Of a DNA stretch of 64,000 nucleotides, positions 21,398-31,593 are shown piece after piece. The number at the start of each line of letters is the position of its first letter. The stretch's first letter is position 1. The notes below the pieces were generated by a model, which did no database searches, was not told the origin of the DNA, and worked only from the letters and a program-made list of their open reading frames with translations. Location: the IMG/VR virus record IMGVR_UViG_3300036944_001289, positions 62,001 through 126,000 of that record; one strand, given 5' to 3'. A program made the translations under genes and the position numbers.

Positions 21398-21428
21398 AAA
21401 AAACCTTACGATATCGTAAGGTTTTTTT
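21398..21428. terminator. Bidirectional intrinsic terminator downstream of the tail tube gene
   Basis: AAAAAACCTTACG-ATAT-CGTAAGGTTTTTT perfect inverted repeat. Confidence 0.85.
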
Positions 21429-21440
21429 ATTAAAAGTATA

Positions 21441-21986
21441 TTAACCTGTTTTGCGCCAGTAATGGTAGGCTACTGTAACGTTAAAATTTTGCAACTCACC
21501 AGTAGCAGTCATATCATATTCAAGTGCTGCAACATCTCTAATACTAACACCTACGAGTTGATATTGTGCTATTTTATTAAGCTGTTTGTCTAATTGAACT
21601 AAGTCAATTACTGCTGACTTTTTAGGTGTAAAATAGTTACCTGTCGAATTAGCATCGTTAAATGTATCGTCAACAACTCTTAAGAATTTCTCTCTTAATT
21701 GCTGTGCAGCATCACAATAAAAGTTTATTGAGTATGATTCACTGCCAGGGTATTGGACAACACCAGGTATGTTGAAATTCAACCCCATATAAGGTGCTTG
21801 GAAGTTTACGATTGATTTTGCAGGTAAAGATGCTGTTCTGCAGTAAACTAAATCTGTTTCACCAATTACAGTGCTGCTGCCATCACCAAAGTTAATATTC
21901 AATACTCTAAAGAGGTTATTTCTTGAAAAGTCCTTAACCTGGGCTTGTGTGTAAAAGTCTTGTATACCTTGTTTGACGTCTGCCAT
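21441..21986 (-). CDS. gp19: Tail tube protein
   Basis: RNNLFRV, CRTASLP, PYMG..F..PG, LVQLD, FNVTVAYHYW. Confidence 0.9.
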   Translation of the reverse strand: MADVKQGIQDFYTQAQVKDFSRNNLFRVLNINFGDGSSTVIGETDLVYCRTASLPAKSIVNFQAPYMGLNFNIPGVVQYPGSESYSINFYCDAAQQLREKFLRVVDDTFNDANSTGNYFTPKKSAVIDLVQLDKQLNKIAQYQLVGVSIRDVAALEYDMTATGELQNFNVTVAYHYWRKTG

Positions 21987-22002
21987 ATGTATTATTATTT
22001 AA

Positions 22003-22200
22003 TCACCCGAACAATAATTGACTATTATTTGAATGAATTTTGCTATCTAAAAGAACGTTCTTAATAGTTATATCACCTGTAGAGTACCATGTTCCACTAA
22101 TCTTAAATCCTAAAGATGTCTGTTCTTCTAAAATACCTGATTTTTCTTCTGTGCTAAATTTTGTAAAAAAGTATACTGTTTGTCCTGTATATATGCTCAT
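22003..22200 (-). CDS. Small hypothetical protein
   Basis: 65-aa ORF with TAAATA upstream. Confidence 0.55.
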   Translation of the reverse strand: MSIYTGQTVYFFTKFSTEEKSGILEEQTSLGFKISGTWYSTGDITIKNVLLDSKIHSNNSQLLFG

Positions 22201-22211
22201 ATTAATAATAT

Positions 22212-22358
22212 TTATTTGCGGGCGTGTTCAGACCAGTCGTTTCTATAGGAACCTTGTATATAAAATCTACGTCTATTGCGCTTAGCCCTTGTTTCTTTTA
22301 TTCTTTCCCGTTTCGATTTATTACGACATGCATCAGGATCATGTTTATAAGGTCTCAT
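22212..22358 (-). CDS. Small Arg/Lys-rich peptide (48 aa; absent from ORF track)
   Basis: MRPYKHDPDACRNKSKRERIKETRAKRNRRRFYIQGSYRNDWSEHARK*; its stop overlaps the next gene's TAAATA. Confidence 0.5.
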   Translation of the reverse strand: MRPYKHDPDACRNKSKRERIKETRAKRNRRRFYIQGSYRNDWSEHARK

Positions 22359-22476
22359 AAATATTCTTAAAATTTTTAAATTGTTCTACTTCAATACTAT
22401 TGCTGTTATGTATTTGTTGTAAATACTATATTAAATTTATATGATATAATAGTATATAACTAAAAATATCCATGAA

Positions 22477-22504
22477 AAATCCCTTAGAATATTCTAAGGG
22501 ATTT
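22477..22504. terminator. Hairpin terminator downstream of the sheath gene
   Basis: AAATCCCTTAGAATATTCTAAGGGATTT palindrome with a T-tract on the - strand. Confidence 0.8.
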
Positions 22505-22532
22505 AATTTAATTTATGAGATGTATTTTATAG

Positions 22533-24887
22533 TTAACCAACTAATTCTTGGAAGTTGGTATCGGTACGTGTAGCGTAAAAGTTTACTAATATAAACTCTG
22601 CAGCGCGTACAGGCTTTAAATAAATGTCAACAACCAGCTCGTTATTATCAATAACAGCAGGTGGATTATTTCTTTCATCACATACGATTAGGTAATCATA
22701 AACACCTTCTGTATTCTTAGCATTTTCAAATATAGGTGTTAATGTATTGATTACTCTTGTTCTTGTTAAGAGGGTATTTGGTTCAAATACGAAGTACTTT
22801 ACTGTATCACGTACTGCCTTCTCAAGATTTAAGAACAATCTACGTACATTAATTCTATCAAATGCACTTGGTTTCTTTTGTAGTGTCTTCTGACCGTATA
22901 TAACGAAACCGTCATTTGGGAAGAATGCTACTGGGTTTATTGATACTCTGTATAGCTGATCTCTTTGCTTTTGTGTTGGATATATTGCAATATCGTTAAC
23001 ACCAGTTACTAAACCTCTTGTAAAGCCTGCTGGTGCAAACCATGGCTGGAAGTTTGTATCAGTATTTACCATATTAGATGCAGCTGTACCTGAGAAAGGT
23101 ACCCATGTCTGATCGTCAAGAGCTGTATCATATACTTTAACCCAGTTAGCGTAAACTGTTGCGTAACTTGTATTACAAACGCTTACAATGTTACGTAATG
23201 GATTAAACATATTTTGTGAGAAATTAGCATTTGAATCTTCTAATACCTTGAAGTTTGCGCCTTGAACAAATACATGTCTTGGTGCATCAGCAACAAAGAA
23301 GCAATCTTGTCTTGCAAATTGTGCAAAATTAGCAAATCTATCAAATATTGTTTTCCAATCATCTCTAAATGTTAGACCTGCACCTGTTACATTTGAAGGG
23401 TCAGTAACGTATAGTCCAGAAATTGCTGATACGTTTACTGTGTCATCAAAATATTTTACACCTGTTGTAGCAGATAAATACTGGCTGACAGCATTGATTG
23501 TAGATATACCACCATCAACTACAAGATCAAAATTGAATAATTCAACGTTAGATACAACATCGAGTAATCTATCGATTTTTGATGGAATTGTTCCTAATTC
23601 TGCTGTCTTTGGATTGCTATCTAGAAAAGAACCAGCTGCAAATAAGCTATCAGCATTACCTAAATTATTACTAATTGCAGTTAGTGCATATCGCATAGTG
23701 GATAACTGCTGATTAGTTGTTATACCAAATCTGCTAGATACTGTTGAGAAGTAAGTATCATCTACAAACTTTCTAGAAGTCATTCTTACTTTATTGGTTG
23801 GTTTACCATCTAGACCTAACCATGTAGAACCATTCTTGTGTGAAAGATTTTCGTTTACAAGTAATGTAATATTTGGTGATTGATCTTCTGATGTTTCTAA
23901 GAAGAAGCTTAGTGGAGCACCACCAGTTTGTGAATTTATTTGTCTATAGTAGTCTAGGGAAGCAACGTATTGTTCTGATAGAATATAATCTAGTGTAATA
24001 GTATCAGGTGCAAATACTGACTGTCTAAGTTTAAACATACCTAAACTTAATGTATCATCATAATCGGAAGTTGAAACGTCGAACTTGCTCAAGTTCTCCA
24101 TTACTTCTGATATACTATCGTTATTTTGACCAAATGTTATTGTATTAGCATCTGATATGGCTGATAGTGCAAAACCGAGTCTGGTTTCAGGTATAGTTGT
24201 GTAATTTGTTGTTTGATTTGCAGATTGTGATACAGATCTTACATCTAATATACCATCAAAGTTAGTAGCAGGTGAAAGATTAGAATTATCAATAACACCC
24301 ACATAGTAACCTTGGTAAAGATTATCAATTGTAGTTTGTGATTTGTTTAGTATGATTATTGCAGCTTTACCTAAATCAGCGCTGGATGCAAATGTAGATG
24401 TAAAATTATTTGACCAGCTAAATGTTTTTTGCTGTAATATATCATTATATTGATCACGGCTTAGCTCAAAGTGTGTTGGTCTACCGATTACATATAATGC
24501 ACCTGATTGTTGTTGTGTATATGTTGATAATGCTGTTCCAAAATTATCACTTCTAATGCTTACAGCGGATGCTGGATAAACAAGGGCACCATATGCTGCA
24601 CCGAACCCATTACCGGAATTCCCACCGTATGGTAATCTATATGTAAATATCTTACCTGCTGTGTTAAATAATGGTCTAGCAGTGTGATAAAAATATCTTT
24701 CTGCAGGAGTTTGTGGGATACCATATATTTGTTCAAACTCACTTAATGTAGTTACTTGGATTATTTCATCTGAAGGACCTTTTTGAGCGAAACCAGTAAC
24801 GAGTACATTTGTACCCACTGGAGTTGTAGCTCTGAGAGATAGATCGATTTCATTAATTTGTACGCCTGGCGACTCAATAGTTTTCAT
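22533..24887 (-). CDS. gp18: Tail sheath protein
   Basis: SPGVQINEIDLS; PWFAPAGFTRG; QRDQLY..INPV; SAFDRINVRRLF; YLKPVRAAEFI. Confidence 0.95.
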   Translation of the reverse strand: MKTIESPGVQINEIDLSLRATTPVGTNVLVTGFAQKGPSDEIIQVTTLSEFEQIYGIPQTPAERYFYHTARPLFNTAGKIFTYRLPYGGNSGNGFGAAYGALVYPASAVSIRSDNFGTALSTYTQQQSGALYVIGRPTHFELSRDQYNDILQQKTFSWSNNFTSTFASSADLGKAAIIILNKSQTTIDNLYQGYYVGVIDNSNLSPATNFDGILDVRSVSQSANQTTNYTTIPETRLGFALSAISDANTITFGQNNDSISEVMENLSKFDVSTSDYDDTLSLGMFKLRQSVFAPDTITLDYILSEQYVASLDYYRQINSQTGGAPLSFFLETSEDQSPNITLLVNENLSHKNGSTWLGLDGKPTNKVRMTSRKFVDDTYFSTVSSRFGITTNQQLSTMRYALTAISNNLGNADSLFAAGSFLDSNPKTAELGTIPSKIDRLLDVVSNVELFNFDLVVDGGISTINAVSQYLSATTGVKYFDDTVNVSAISGLYVTDPSNVTGAGLTFRDDWKTIFDRFANFAQFARQDCFFVADAPRHVFVQGANFKVLEDSNANFSQNMFNPLRNIVSVCNTSYATVYANWVKVYDTALDDQTWVPFSGTAASNMVNTDTNFQPWFAPAGFTRGLVTGVNDIAIYPTQKQRDQLYRVSINPVAFFPNDGFVIYGQKTLQKKPSAFDRINVRRLFLNLEKAVRDTVKYFVFEPNTLLTRTRVINTLTPIFENAKNTEGVYDYLIVCDERNNPPAVIDNNELVVDIYLKPVRAAEFILVNFYATRTDTNFQELVG

Positions 24888-24967
24888 TCTATAGTTATTT
24901 ATGTCTCCCTTGCCTGTTTTTTTATGACACTAAAAATAAAACACCGGGTGTTTCAATAAATAATATT

Positions 24968-25672
24968 ATGTGGATATATAAGATAAATATAGATGATTAT
25001 GAATACATAGGATCAACATATAATAAAAAAGGCCCTGAAGAAAGAAGAAGACAACATGTAAGAGGGTTAATCAAGGGCACACACGTTAACAAGAAGATGC
25101 AAAATGTCTTTAATAAACATCAAACTTTTAGATATACCGTTTTATGTTCCTGTCTTAAATTAGAGCACTTAATACATATTGAGGAAGAATTTATATTGCA
25201 ATCTATGAACGTATTAAAAGATAAATGTCTTAACTTAACGTTATCTTATTCAGGTGGTAGTGGTTGGATGAAGTTTAAGAGCTCGGAAGAGATTCAAAAA
25301 ATACATAGCAAAAGAAGATTATCACCCAGCAGACAACAAATAAGAAATTTAGCCCATAAACAAACGTTACAGGCTAAGTCTGAAGAGGAAAAAGAAAAGA
25401 TATATAAAAAGCAATCTGATGGTCGTAAAAAGAATTTAGTAAACCGTAAAAATTATACACCTATTAATTTAGAAATAACAATACCTGGCGGAAGACCTAG
25501 TGTAGATATATACCATACAGAGCAGGATTTTTTTAAAAAGACAAGATTTGAAACCTCTACACTTTGCACATTAAAGCAGCATGGAATACATGTAGTAAAA
25601 AGAATTTTACCTAACACAAAACACAACTACCCAAAGGGTACTATTGTAAAGTTTATAGAGGTTCAGAAATAA
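24968..25672 (+). CDS. Free-standing GIY-YIG homing endonuclease
   Basis: WIYKI...YIGST...RRQH...H.NKKMQNVFNK...IEEE; inserted antisense between gp3 and gp18 with its own TAAATA-N5-ATG. Confidence 0.75.
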   Translation: MWIYKINIDDYEYIGSTYNKKGPEERRRQHVRGLIKGTHVNKKMQNVFNKHQTFRYTVLCSCLKLEHLIHIEEEFILQSMNVLKDKCLNLTLSYSGGSGWMKFKSSEEIQKIHSKRRLSPSRQQIRNLAHKQTLQAKSEEEKEKIYKKQSDGRKKNLVNRKNYTPINLEITIPGGRPSVDIYHTEQDFFKKTRFETSTLCTLKQHGIHVVKRILPNTKHNYPKGTIVKFIEVQK

Positions 25673-26225
25673 ATTGGGAGAATGCGAAAGTAACGTTAGA
25701 TCCTATTTCTTCGGAATCTCTATAAGAATAGTCAAAACCACCTAACCCGGTAGGAAATGCTTTAGTATATGTAAACTTCATAATATTCTTATCAAATTCA
25801 TCTTTTGCATAAACTACAATATCTGTTTGATAATTAGCAGGTATATTTTTACCTGCTAAATCGTCAGCATTATAATAAGATTTAGAGTCATCATTTAGTA
25901 GATCTAACCATTTATATATTACCCAGTAGTTTGTAAATAGGTTATCTACAGTAAAGTTTACTGTTAAATCATCATAAGGCGGCCTGCTATGTGTTGATAC
26001 TTTATAATTTTGACCTGCATATCCAGCAACTGCAGGTGGTACAATAACTGAAGGTATAACAGTACCGTATATGGAGAATTGTAGCGAATTTAAGTTTAGA
26101 ATACTCTTTGATCTCTCACTCAAGTTAGATGTATTAATCTTCTTTAAGATAGTAGGTAGGCTTAATACCATTAAAAACTTATCTTTTCTGCTTTTGTTTA
26201 ATTGTGACTGTTGAAATGTATCCAT
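25653..26225 (-). CDS. gp3: Tail completion/tube terminator (gp3-like)
   Basis: YDDLTVNFTVDN..NYWVIYKW...AFPTGLG; start ATG overlaps the terminase stop (TAATG). Confidence 0.75.
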   Translation of the reverse strand: MDTFQQSQLNKSRKDKFLMVLSLPTILKKINTSNLSERSKSILNLNSLQFSIYGTVIPSVIVPPAVAGYAGQNYKVSTHSRPPYDDLTVNFTVDNLFTNYWVIYKWLDLLNDDSKSYYNADDLAGKNIPANYQTDIVVYAKDEFDKNIMKFTYTKAFPTGLGGFDYSYRDSEEIGSNVTFAFSQFISEPL

Positions 26226-27913
26226 TATAGAGTTTTCCATCCTTGAGCTTGCAGCCAGTTTACTTCATCTGAATTATCACTGACTAAACCGCCCATTATT
26301 GTAGGCATACCACTATTTATATTATCTGTTTCGTTATACATGCTATTCGACATTACATTATATTTGATACCATAGTCTAGAGCTTTAATCTCAAGTGGGC
26401 GTCTATTATCATCAACACGTGTAACTTCAAAGTATTTTTGAACTAATGAATCTTCTAATACAATTAGTGCCCATACCATTGACATTACTAAATCATCATG
26501 ATAGTTTGCACCTTTTTTAGCTGCCCAAGTACCATTTGGGTATCTGATAAAGTCTTTAAGTTCTTTAACTATATTAATATCTCTAAACTCCACACATCTT
26601 AGAGTGTTAACCCAATATCTCATATTACCCACACCTTTTTGCTTAGTATTTGTGTGATTTATAATACCTAGTTGTGATTTTGATCTACCAGCTTCAGATG
26701 CACCCCAAGATACTATATTTTCGTAACTGTATATGTTCCTTAGATTATCTACAACTTGTGCCCCTTGATTGTTGCGTTCAATACAAACTAGAGGTTTACC
26801 CCATTGTGTTAGCACTTCATCAAGCTTTTTGGTAAAAAGATGTGGTGTAATAGTATTGTTGGCATAATAAGCTACCTGTTTGATCTCTAATAAGTTAGTT
26901 ATATCAAATATATTAATAGCTGAGTAATCTCCACCAACACCTTCACTTACATCTACACCTGCTACATATATTCTATTATCTTTAGGTTCGTCAAATATCT
27001 TGTAGCAACCTTCATCCATTATATATAGCGGGTCTCTTACAAAAGACTTCAATCTATCGTATAACTCTTCATTAATAGTACTATCACCACTATCAAGAAA
27101 TACAGCTTCAAACTCTTGAAGGTAGGAATTATAGTCACCCATAGCTAATATTTGATCTCTCTTCCATCTCTCATCTCTTCCAGGTACTTCTTTCCAATCT
27201 ACTCTATCAAACCCCCAACCATTTATGCTTGCTTCAGCTTCAGTAAAAGTCTTATGAAAAAGGTTACCTGTACCATTTGGCGTAGATACCATAAAAATTT
27301 TAGCTTTCTTAGAAGAAGAAACTACTGGGAATACAGATCTCCAAAAAGCTTCAAGCATACTTGCAGGCTCAATATGCGCAGCTTCATCAATAATTAAAAC
27401 ATTTATTGACATACCTCTTGCAGCTGAACTGGTTGTGGTAGATATTAAAATCTCTGAACCATTTTCAAAGACAACAGATGTTTCTGCCCATTTTTTAACA
27501 CCCGGCTTTAACCAGTTAGGTAATTCTTCATATGCAAGTTTGATTCTCTTAAGAATTTCAATAGCTGTAGATTCTTTATTGGCAACAATTAAAACATTCT
27601 GCCACTCTTGAAAACATGCTATCCAGAGTGCATATATTGTCATGATTGTAGATTTTCCGGCCTGTCTCCCTGATAACAAAACAAAGAACCTACTATCTCT
27701 TAATTTTCTTAATATCCTTTTTTGATATTTGTGTAAATTAATCTTTATTTTACCTTCATCTACGTTACGTATAAAAAAGTAGTTCTCAGCAAAATGTAAT
27801 ATGTTTTGCTGACATTTTTTTAACTCTTTTACCTTTTCAGCATCATACTCATGAACAGCACCCTCTGCAGGTAAATTCGGATTATTTAAGTAATTTTGAT
27901 TATTCTTTATCAT
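26225..27913 (-). CDS. gp17: Terminase large subunit
   Basis: YLNNPNLP, GRQAGKS, IIDEAAHI, STPNG, GVDVSEG, HDDLVMS. Confidence 0.95.
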   Translation of the reverse strand: MIKNNQNYLNNPNLPAEGAVHEYDAEKVKELKKCQQNILHFAENYFFIRNVDEGKIKINLHKYQKRILRKLRDSRFFVLLSGRQAGKSTIMTIYALWIACFQEWQNVLIVANKESTAIEILKRIKLAYEELPNWLKPGVKKWAETSVVFENGSEILISTTTSSAARGMSINVLIIDEAAHIEPASMLEAFWRSVFPVVSSSKKAKIFMVSTPNGTGNLFHKTFTEAEASINGWGFDRVDWKEVPGRDERWKRDQILAMGDYNSYLQEFEAVFLDSGDSTINEELYDRLKSFVRDPLYIMDEGCYKIFDEPKDNRIYVAGVDVSEGVGGDYSAINIFDITNLLEIKQVAYYANNTITPHLFTKKLDEVLTQWGKPLVCIERNNQGAQVVDNLRNIYSYENIVSWGASEAGRSKSQLGIINHTNTKQKGVGNMRYWVNTLRCVEFRDINIVKELKDFIRYPNGTWAAKKGANYHDDLVMSMVWALIVLEDSLVQKYFEVTRVDDNRRPLEIKALDYGIKYNVMSNSMYNETDNINSGMPTIMGGLVSDNSDEVNWLQAQGWKTL

Positions 27914-27920
27914 GATGCAT

Positions 27921-27930
27921 TAAATATTTA
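27921..27930. promoter_or_regulatory. Palindromic TAAATATTTA: probable bidirectional late promoter for gp17 and the divergent gene
   Basis: Reads TAAATA on both strands, between ATGs at 27913 (-) and 27932 (+); matches the core of the T4 late promoter TATAAATA; gp55 is in the window. Confidence 0.65.
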
Positions 27931-27931
27931 C

Positions 27932-28765
27932 ATGTCTAAATCAAATAATCTTCTTGAAATATGGGATACATATAAGAATTCCGTAATTTTAGAAAAAAAG
28001 TCAGCAAAAATGAATACAAAGCCTGGTACTGGTGCAAAGGAGCTTAATGACGAAGCAAATAAAAAGTTTCAACACAAAGATTCAGGTCCTGAAAATGCTG
28101 ATGGTGTTAAGGATATATTAGACCCTAGAAAAAAATCGAGTAAAGAATCTAAAGAAATAGCTAAATTCTCATTGAGTGATGAAAAAATCGATGAGGGTAT
28201 TGAAAAAACAGCATCAAATACGATAAATAATTATATGAAATCTATTTTCGACAAATTGTTTGAAGAGGTAATGAATGATCAAGAGCTCCAAGATGCAGAG
28301 GCACTTGGTGTAGATATGGCAGATGAATCTGATACAGAAGCATCCGACGAAGGCACAGTAACAATTACATTATCACCTGAACATGTATCTCTTCTAAGAG
28401 ATATTTTAGCACAGGTAGATGGTGGTTCTACCGAAACTGAAGAAGATGTCGGTACCGAAGAAGGTGCTAGTGAAGATGAAGAAATGTACGAAGATGAAGA
28501 ACACTCAATGGGTGAAGCAACTGAAGTTGAAGAAATTGGACATGCTATCAAAGATGAAGCAAAGCTCGAAAAAGGCTTAAACAAGGCAAAGAACAACGAA
28601 GTTGGTACCGTAAAGGCCGTAAAAGGTAAGGCCGATGCAAAGGTTACCGATAAAGTAGGTAATGACGGTACACTTGCTGATTCAAAGGGTGAGTCTTTAA
28701 TTAAGCCTTCAAATCATAAGGTTTCAGCTTCTAAGATCAAAGCTGGTGCATCAGCTTTTGAATAA
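27932..28765 (+). CDS. Acidic/basic late protein (head-internal or scaffold-like), with a probable internal second start at 28235
   Basis: TAAATA-N5-ATG at 27932 and again in frame at 28235; strong terminator downstream. Confidence 0.65.
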   Translation: MSKSNNLLEIWDTYKNSVILEKKSAKMNTKPGTGAKELNDEANKKFQHKDSGPENADGVKDILDPRKKSSKESKEIAKFSLSDEKIDEGIEKTASNTINNYMKSIFDKLFEEVMNDQELQDAEALGVDMADESDTEASDEGTVTITLSPEHVSLLRDILAQVDGGSTETEEDVGTEEGASEDEEMYEDEEHSMGEATEVEEIGHAIKDEAKLEKGLNKAKNNEVGTVKAVKGKADAKVTDKVGNDGTLADSKGESLIKPSNHKVSASKIKAGASAFE

Positions 28766-28783
28766 GAATTAGTTTAGTTTAAT

Positions 28784-28818
28784 AAAATACCTGCTAAAAA
28801 TTTAGCAGGTATTTTTTT
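28784..28818 (+). terminator. Intrinsic terminator
   Basis: AAAATACCTGCTAAA-aa-TTTAGCAGGTATTTTTTT. Confidence 0.85.
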
Positions 28819-28834
28819 GTACATAAATAATAAT

Positions 28835-29182
28835 ATGAACAATTTTAAGACATTTTATAACGATATGTTTACCAAAACAGGTACACGACGTTATGTAAAT
28901 GGGCCAAGACACCGTAAAGATGGATTTACAGATACAGATAGATATTACAGACGCCAGCGTCAGAATCTAGTTGCTGATGTATATAAAAAGGATAACTCTA
29001 AAAATCAAAAAATAGAGCAGCTAAAAGTAAGAGGTGGTCAGCAACTTTGCGGCCCTCAAGACCTACAATATATCAAACAAACATTTGGTATAAATTTTGA
29101 CGGTAAACCTAAGCGTTTAGGTAGAACAGGGGTGACATTACTAAAGTGTCCAAAAACAGGTAACTTACTACTAAAGAAATAA
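28835..29182 (+). CDS. Basic hypothetical late protein
   Basis: TAAATA-N5-ATG; MNNFKTFY start. Confidence 0.65.
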   Translation: MNNFKTFYNDMFTKTGTRRYVNGPRHRKDGFTDTDRYYRRQRQNLVADVYKKDNSKNQKIEQLKVRGGQQLCGPQDLQYIKQTFGINFDGKPKRLGRTGVTLLKCPKTGNLLLKK

Positions 29183-29183
29183 T

Positions 29184-29951
29184 ATGTCAACAATTAATTT
29201 TAACGATAATTGTTATCCAGGAATGACATCTGACGGTACTTTTTGCTTTAGATTCAATGATAAAGATACTAATAGCAACGAACAGATGTTATATAGTAAT
29301 TATTGGCAAGAAATATTAAACATGTATGGTCAAAAGGTTACATACTATGTTAATACATATAATATTTTATCAGCTGATAATCTCTATGGTGAGAGTCCTG
29401 CAAAGCAATTTGCGCCGCCGGTAGAGGTTGTAATGGCTATCGAATTGAATGAAAATGCTGATACATTATCTAAATTCGGTTTCTCAAGTGATGATGAAAT
29501 AACAGCTACAATTCATGTATCTGCTTTCTACTCTGCATTTAATATCTTGTCCAGCGTTTATGCAACGCAGTTTAATTTAATTGAACCACGCTCTGGCGAT
29601 GTATTTGCTCTTACTGAATATGGTAGAGGCAGACTAAACGGTAGAGGTGCAAAATATTTTGAAGTTACAGATAGAATTGATGAGGATATATCTTCAATAA
29701 ATCAATTGGGTGGTCATTATGTTTGGAGATTAAAAGCTAAGAGATTCGAATACAGTTTCGAGCCTGGATTATCTGCAGAGAAAGCAGATGCACAAGTGTA
29801 CGAAAATGCATTCTCTGGTGTATTATCTGGAGTGGGTAATAACCCTACAGATGAAAAACGTTACCCAGGTGACATTAACGAAACAAGTAGAACTGTAGTA
29901 TTCGATATGTCTGCAAATGAAGCAACGGACGTATATGGTGGATACTATTAA
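29184..29951 (+). CDS. gp14: Neck protein gp14-like
   Basis: EILNMYGQKVTYY...DNLYGE...LSKFGFSSDDE...PRSGD...FEYS. Confidence 0.85.
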   Translation: MSTINFNDNCYPGMTSDGTFCFRFNDKDTNSNEQMLYSNYWQEILNMYGQKVTYYVNTYNILSADNLYGESPAKQFAPPVEVVMAIELNENADTLSKFGFSSDDEITATIHVSAFYSAFNILSSVYATQFNLIEPRSGDVFALTEYGRGRLNGRGAKYFEVTDRIDEDISSINQLGGHYVWRLKAKRFEYSFEPGLSAEKADAQVYENAFSGVLSGVGNNPTDEKRYPGDINETSRTVVFDMSANEATDVYGGYY

Positions 29952-30220
29952 TCTTTTCTTTCTTCGTTATCCCAATAACTTTGCTGTTGGATAACACGAC
30001 CAGTTATTAGATAATCTATTATTGTATCCCCGGATACGAAGTTAGGTTGTCGAATTGTAAATTCACTACTACTACCTACAAAAGTATATTCTATTTCATT
30101 TTCTGAGAGTTTACGTACGTTTTTAAGGTAATATGATTTACCTGGTTCAAAAAACCCTTTAATGGATCCCTTTAGTGGTAAATTAGCAACTAAAATCGTT
30201 GTACCTGGGATATACTTCAT
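29948..30220 (-). CDS. Hypothetical protein
   Basis: 90-aa ORF in an overlapping - strand run. Confidence 0.6.
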   Translation of the reverse strand: MKYIPGTTILVANLPLKGSIKGFFEPGKSYYLKNVRKLSENEIEYTFVGSSSEFTIRQPNFVSGDTIIDYLITGRVIQQQSYWDNEERKD

Positions 30221-30459
30221 ATATTTTCACCTTTTAGAAACATTTCTATATTATACCTCATGTCCTTTTGTCGCTCATCTATATAATGGTGAAATGCTAT
30301 AGGTTTGATCCATAGTGATGATGTTTCAGTATCCATACCTAACTGTTCTGCTTTATCACATGTCAGATTTACAGCTTCTATTAAACATGCAAACCTTGCT
30401 AAGAATTCTATACCGTGCTCTTGTTCAAGTTGTTTCAATCTCTCAGTTTTTTGATTCAT
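30217..30459 (-). CDS. Hypothetical protein
   Basis: 80-aa ORF overlapping neighbours. Confidence 0.6.
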   Translation of the reverse strand: MNQKTERLKQLEQEHGIEFLARFACLIEAVNLTCDKAEQLGMDTETSSLWIKPIAFHHYIDERQKDMRYNIEMFLKGENI

Positions 30460-30853
30460 ATAATGATTGTATCAATTTTCCTGTTAGCATTAATTTAACC
30501 TTTTTGTCATCAATGCTATAATGTTTAATACTATTCAAAAGTAGTGTTAGTGAATCCTTGATGAATTTTTTATTTTGCCTATGTATTACAATCTCGTTCG
30601 GATTATCTACTTTAGTATCATCTTGATCTAAGACAAATGTTATCACATCTATTAGAATCTTTGAGTAATTATTAACTTTATTTTTTTCAGTGAAAATACC
30701 TTCATCAAAAACTCTCTGCTGTTCGCTACTTGTTTTTAGTAGCTGTTGTAGTAAACGTAAACAATCATCGTATTTTACCTCGTTTGTTTCGATTTTTGGA
30801 GTTTCAAATGATGTAGGTTTAACCTCTGTTGTTATCTTTTGGAGTTCTGTCAT
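30443..30853 (-). CDS. Hypothetical protein
   Basis: 136-aa ORF overlapping neighbours. Confidence 0.6.
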   Translation of the reverse strand: MTELQKITTEVKPTSFETPKIETNEVKYDDCLRLLQQLLKTSSEQQRVFDEGIFTEKNKVNNYSKILIDVITFVLDQDDTKVDNPNEIVIHRQNKKFIKDSLTLLLNSIKHYSIDDKKVKLMLTGKLIQSLYESKN

Positions 30854-31217
30854 GAAAGTATATAGGTTGAGTTGTTATAAAGTTTTTTACTTCGTGGGTT
30901 GCTTTAATATTTTTATCACATTTATCACATTTGTAAATGATATCAGAATCGATTTTTATATCCACTATTTGCTTATTACCTTCTGAGCAAGGGCATGTTA
31001 CAGTTACGTGTTGTTTTTGTATTTCTTTTATTTGCTCCAGTTTAATTGCTTCAATTTTTGTAATAATATGATTATTGTATACTGTATTTCCTATATAGAA
31101 TATTACAAGTTGTAGAAAAAATGCCAACACAAAACCAGCAATAAAATTGCTAGACAGTACACCTACTAAGGTACTAACTAGACATGTTAGTACAAAAGAT
31201 ATTAAAATGTTTCTCAT
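30819..31217 (-). CDS. Membrane protein with C-terminal Zn-ribbon
   Basis: Two N-terminal hydrophobic helices; CPC...CDKC. Confidence 0.65.
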   Translation of the reverse strand: MRNILISFVLTCLVSTLVGVLSSNFIAGFVLAFFLQLVIFYIGNTVYNNHIITKIEAIKLEQIKEIQKQHVTVTCPCSEGNKQIVDIKIDSDIIYKCDKCDKNIKATHEVKNFITTQPIYFHDRTPKDNNRG

Positions 31218-31564
31218 TAATTAATTGTATCTACAATTTTGGATAATTCAACCATTGTTTTACCCATATTTTCTAAATGATTATTAAGAATAGAGAGCTT
31301 TTCACTGTTTTTCTTTTTAATAGAAGGATTGTTTTTAGCTGTTTCTATTATCTTACGTAAATTTAATAGACCAACAAAAACATCTGTTGAAATATCATCA
31401 AATCTATCTAAAGGGTAAGGTTTTACAGGAGGTGCGAAGTCACTAGCTTGATTAGTTAAGTTGCCTACCTTATTAGGTTGTGGTAAGTCTTCACTCTTTT
31501 TAATACCTGCTTGTTGACGCTGCACATTGTAAATGGTACTGTCTTCTCTAATAAAGTTACTCAT
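31217..31564 (-). CDS. Hypothetical late protein
   Basis: TAAATA-N5-ATG; 115 aa. Confidence 0.65.
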   Translation of the reverse strand: MSNFIREDSTIYNVQRQQAGIKKSEDLPQPNKVGNLTNQASDFAPPVKPYPLDRFDDISTDVFVGLLNLRKIIETAKNNPSIKKKNSEKLSILNNHLENMGKTMVELSKIVDTIN

Positions 31565-31593
31565 CTTTATATTTAATCGATTAAATATAAATA
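31554..31593. repeat. Direct repeat copy 1 (divergent late-promoter region)
   Basis: aagttactcatctttatatttAATCgattaaatataaata; 37/40 identical to 32028-32067. Confidence 0.85.

Noticed and set aside
22212-22358. Phage ribosomal protein bS21
   Set aside because: The peptide is basic but lacks the bS21 ALRRFKR and YEKPS-type motifs.
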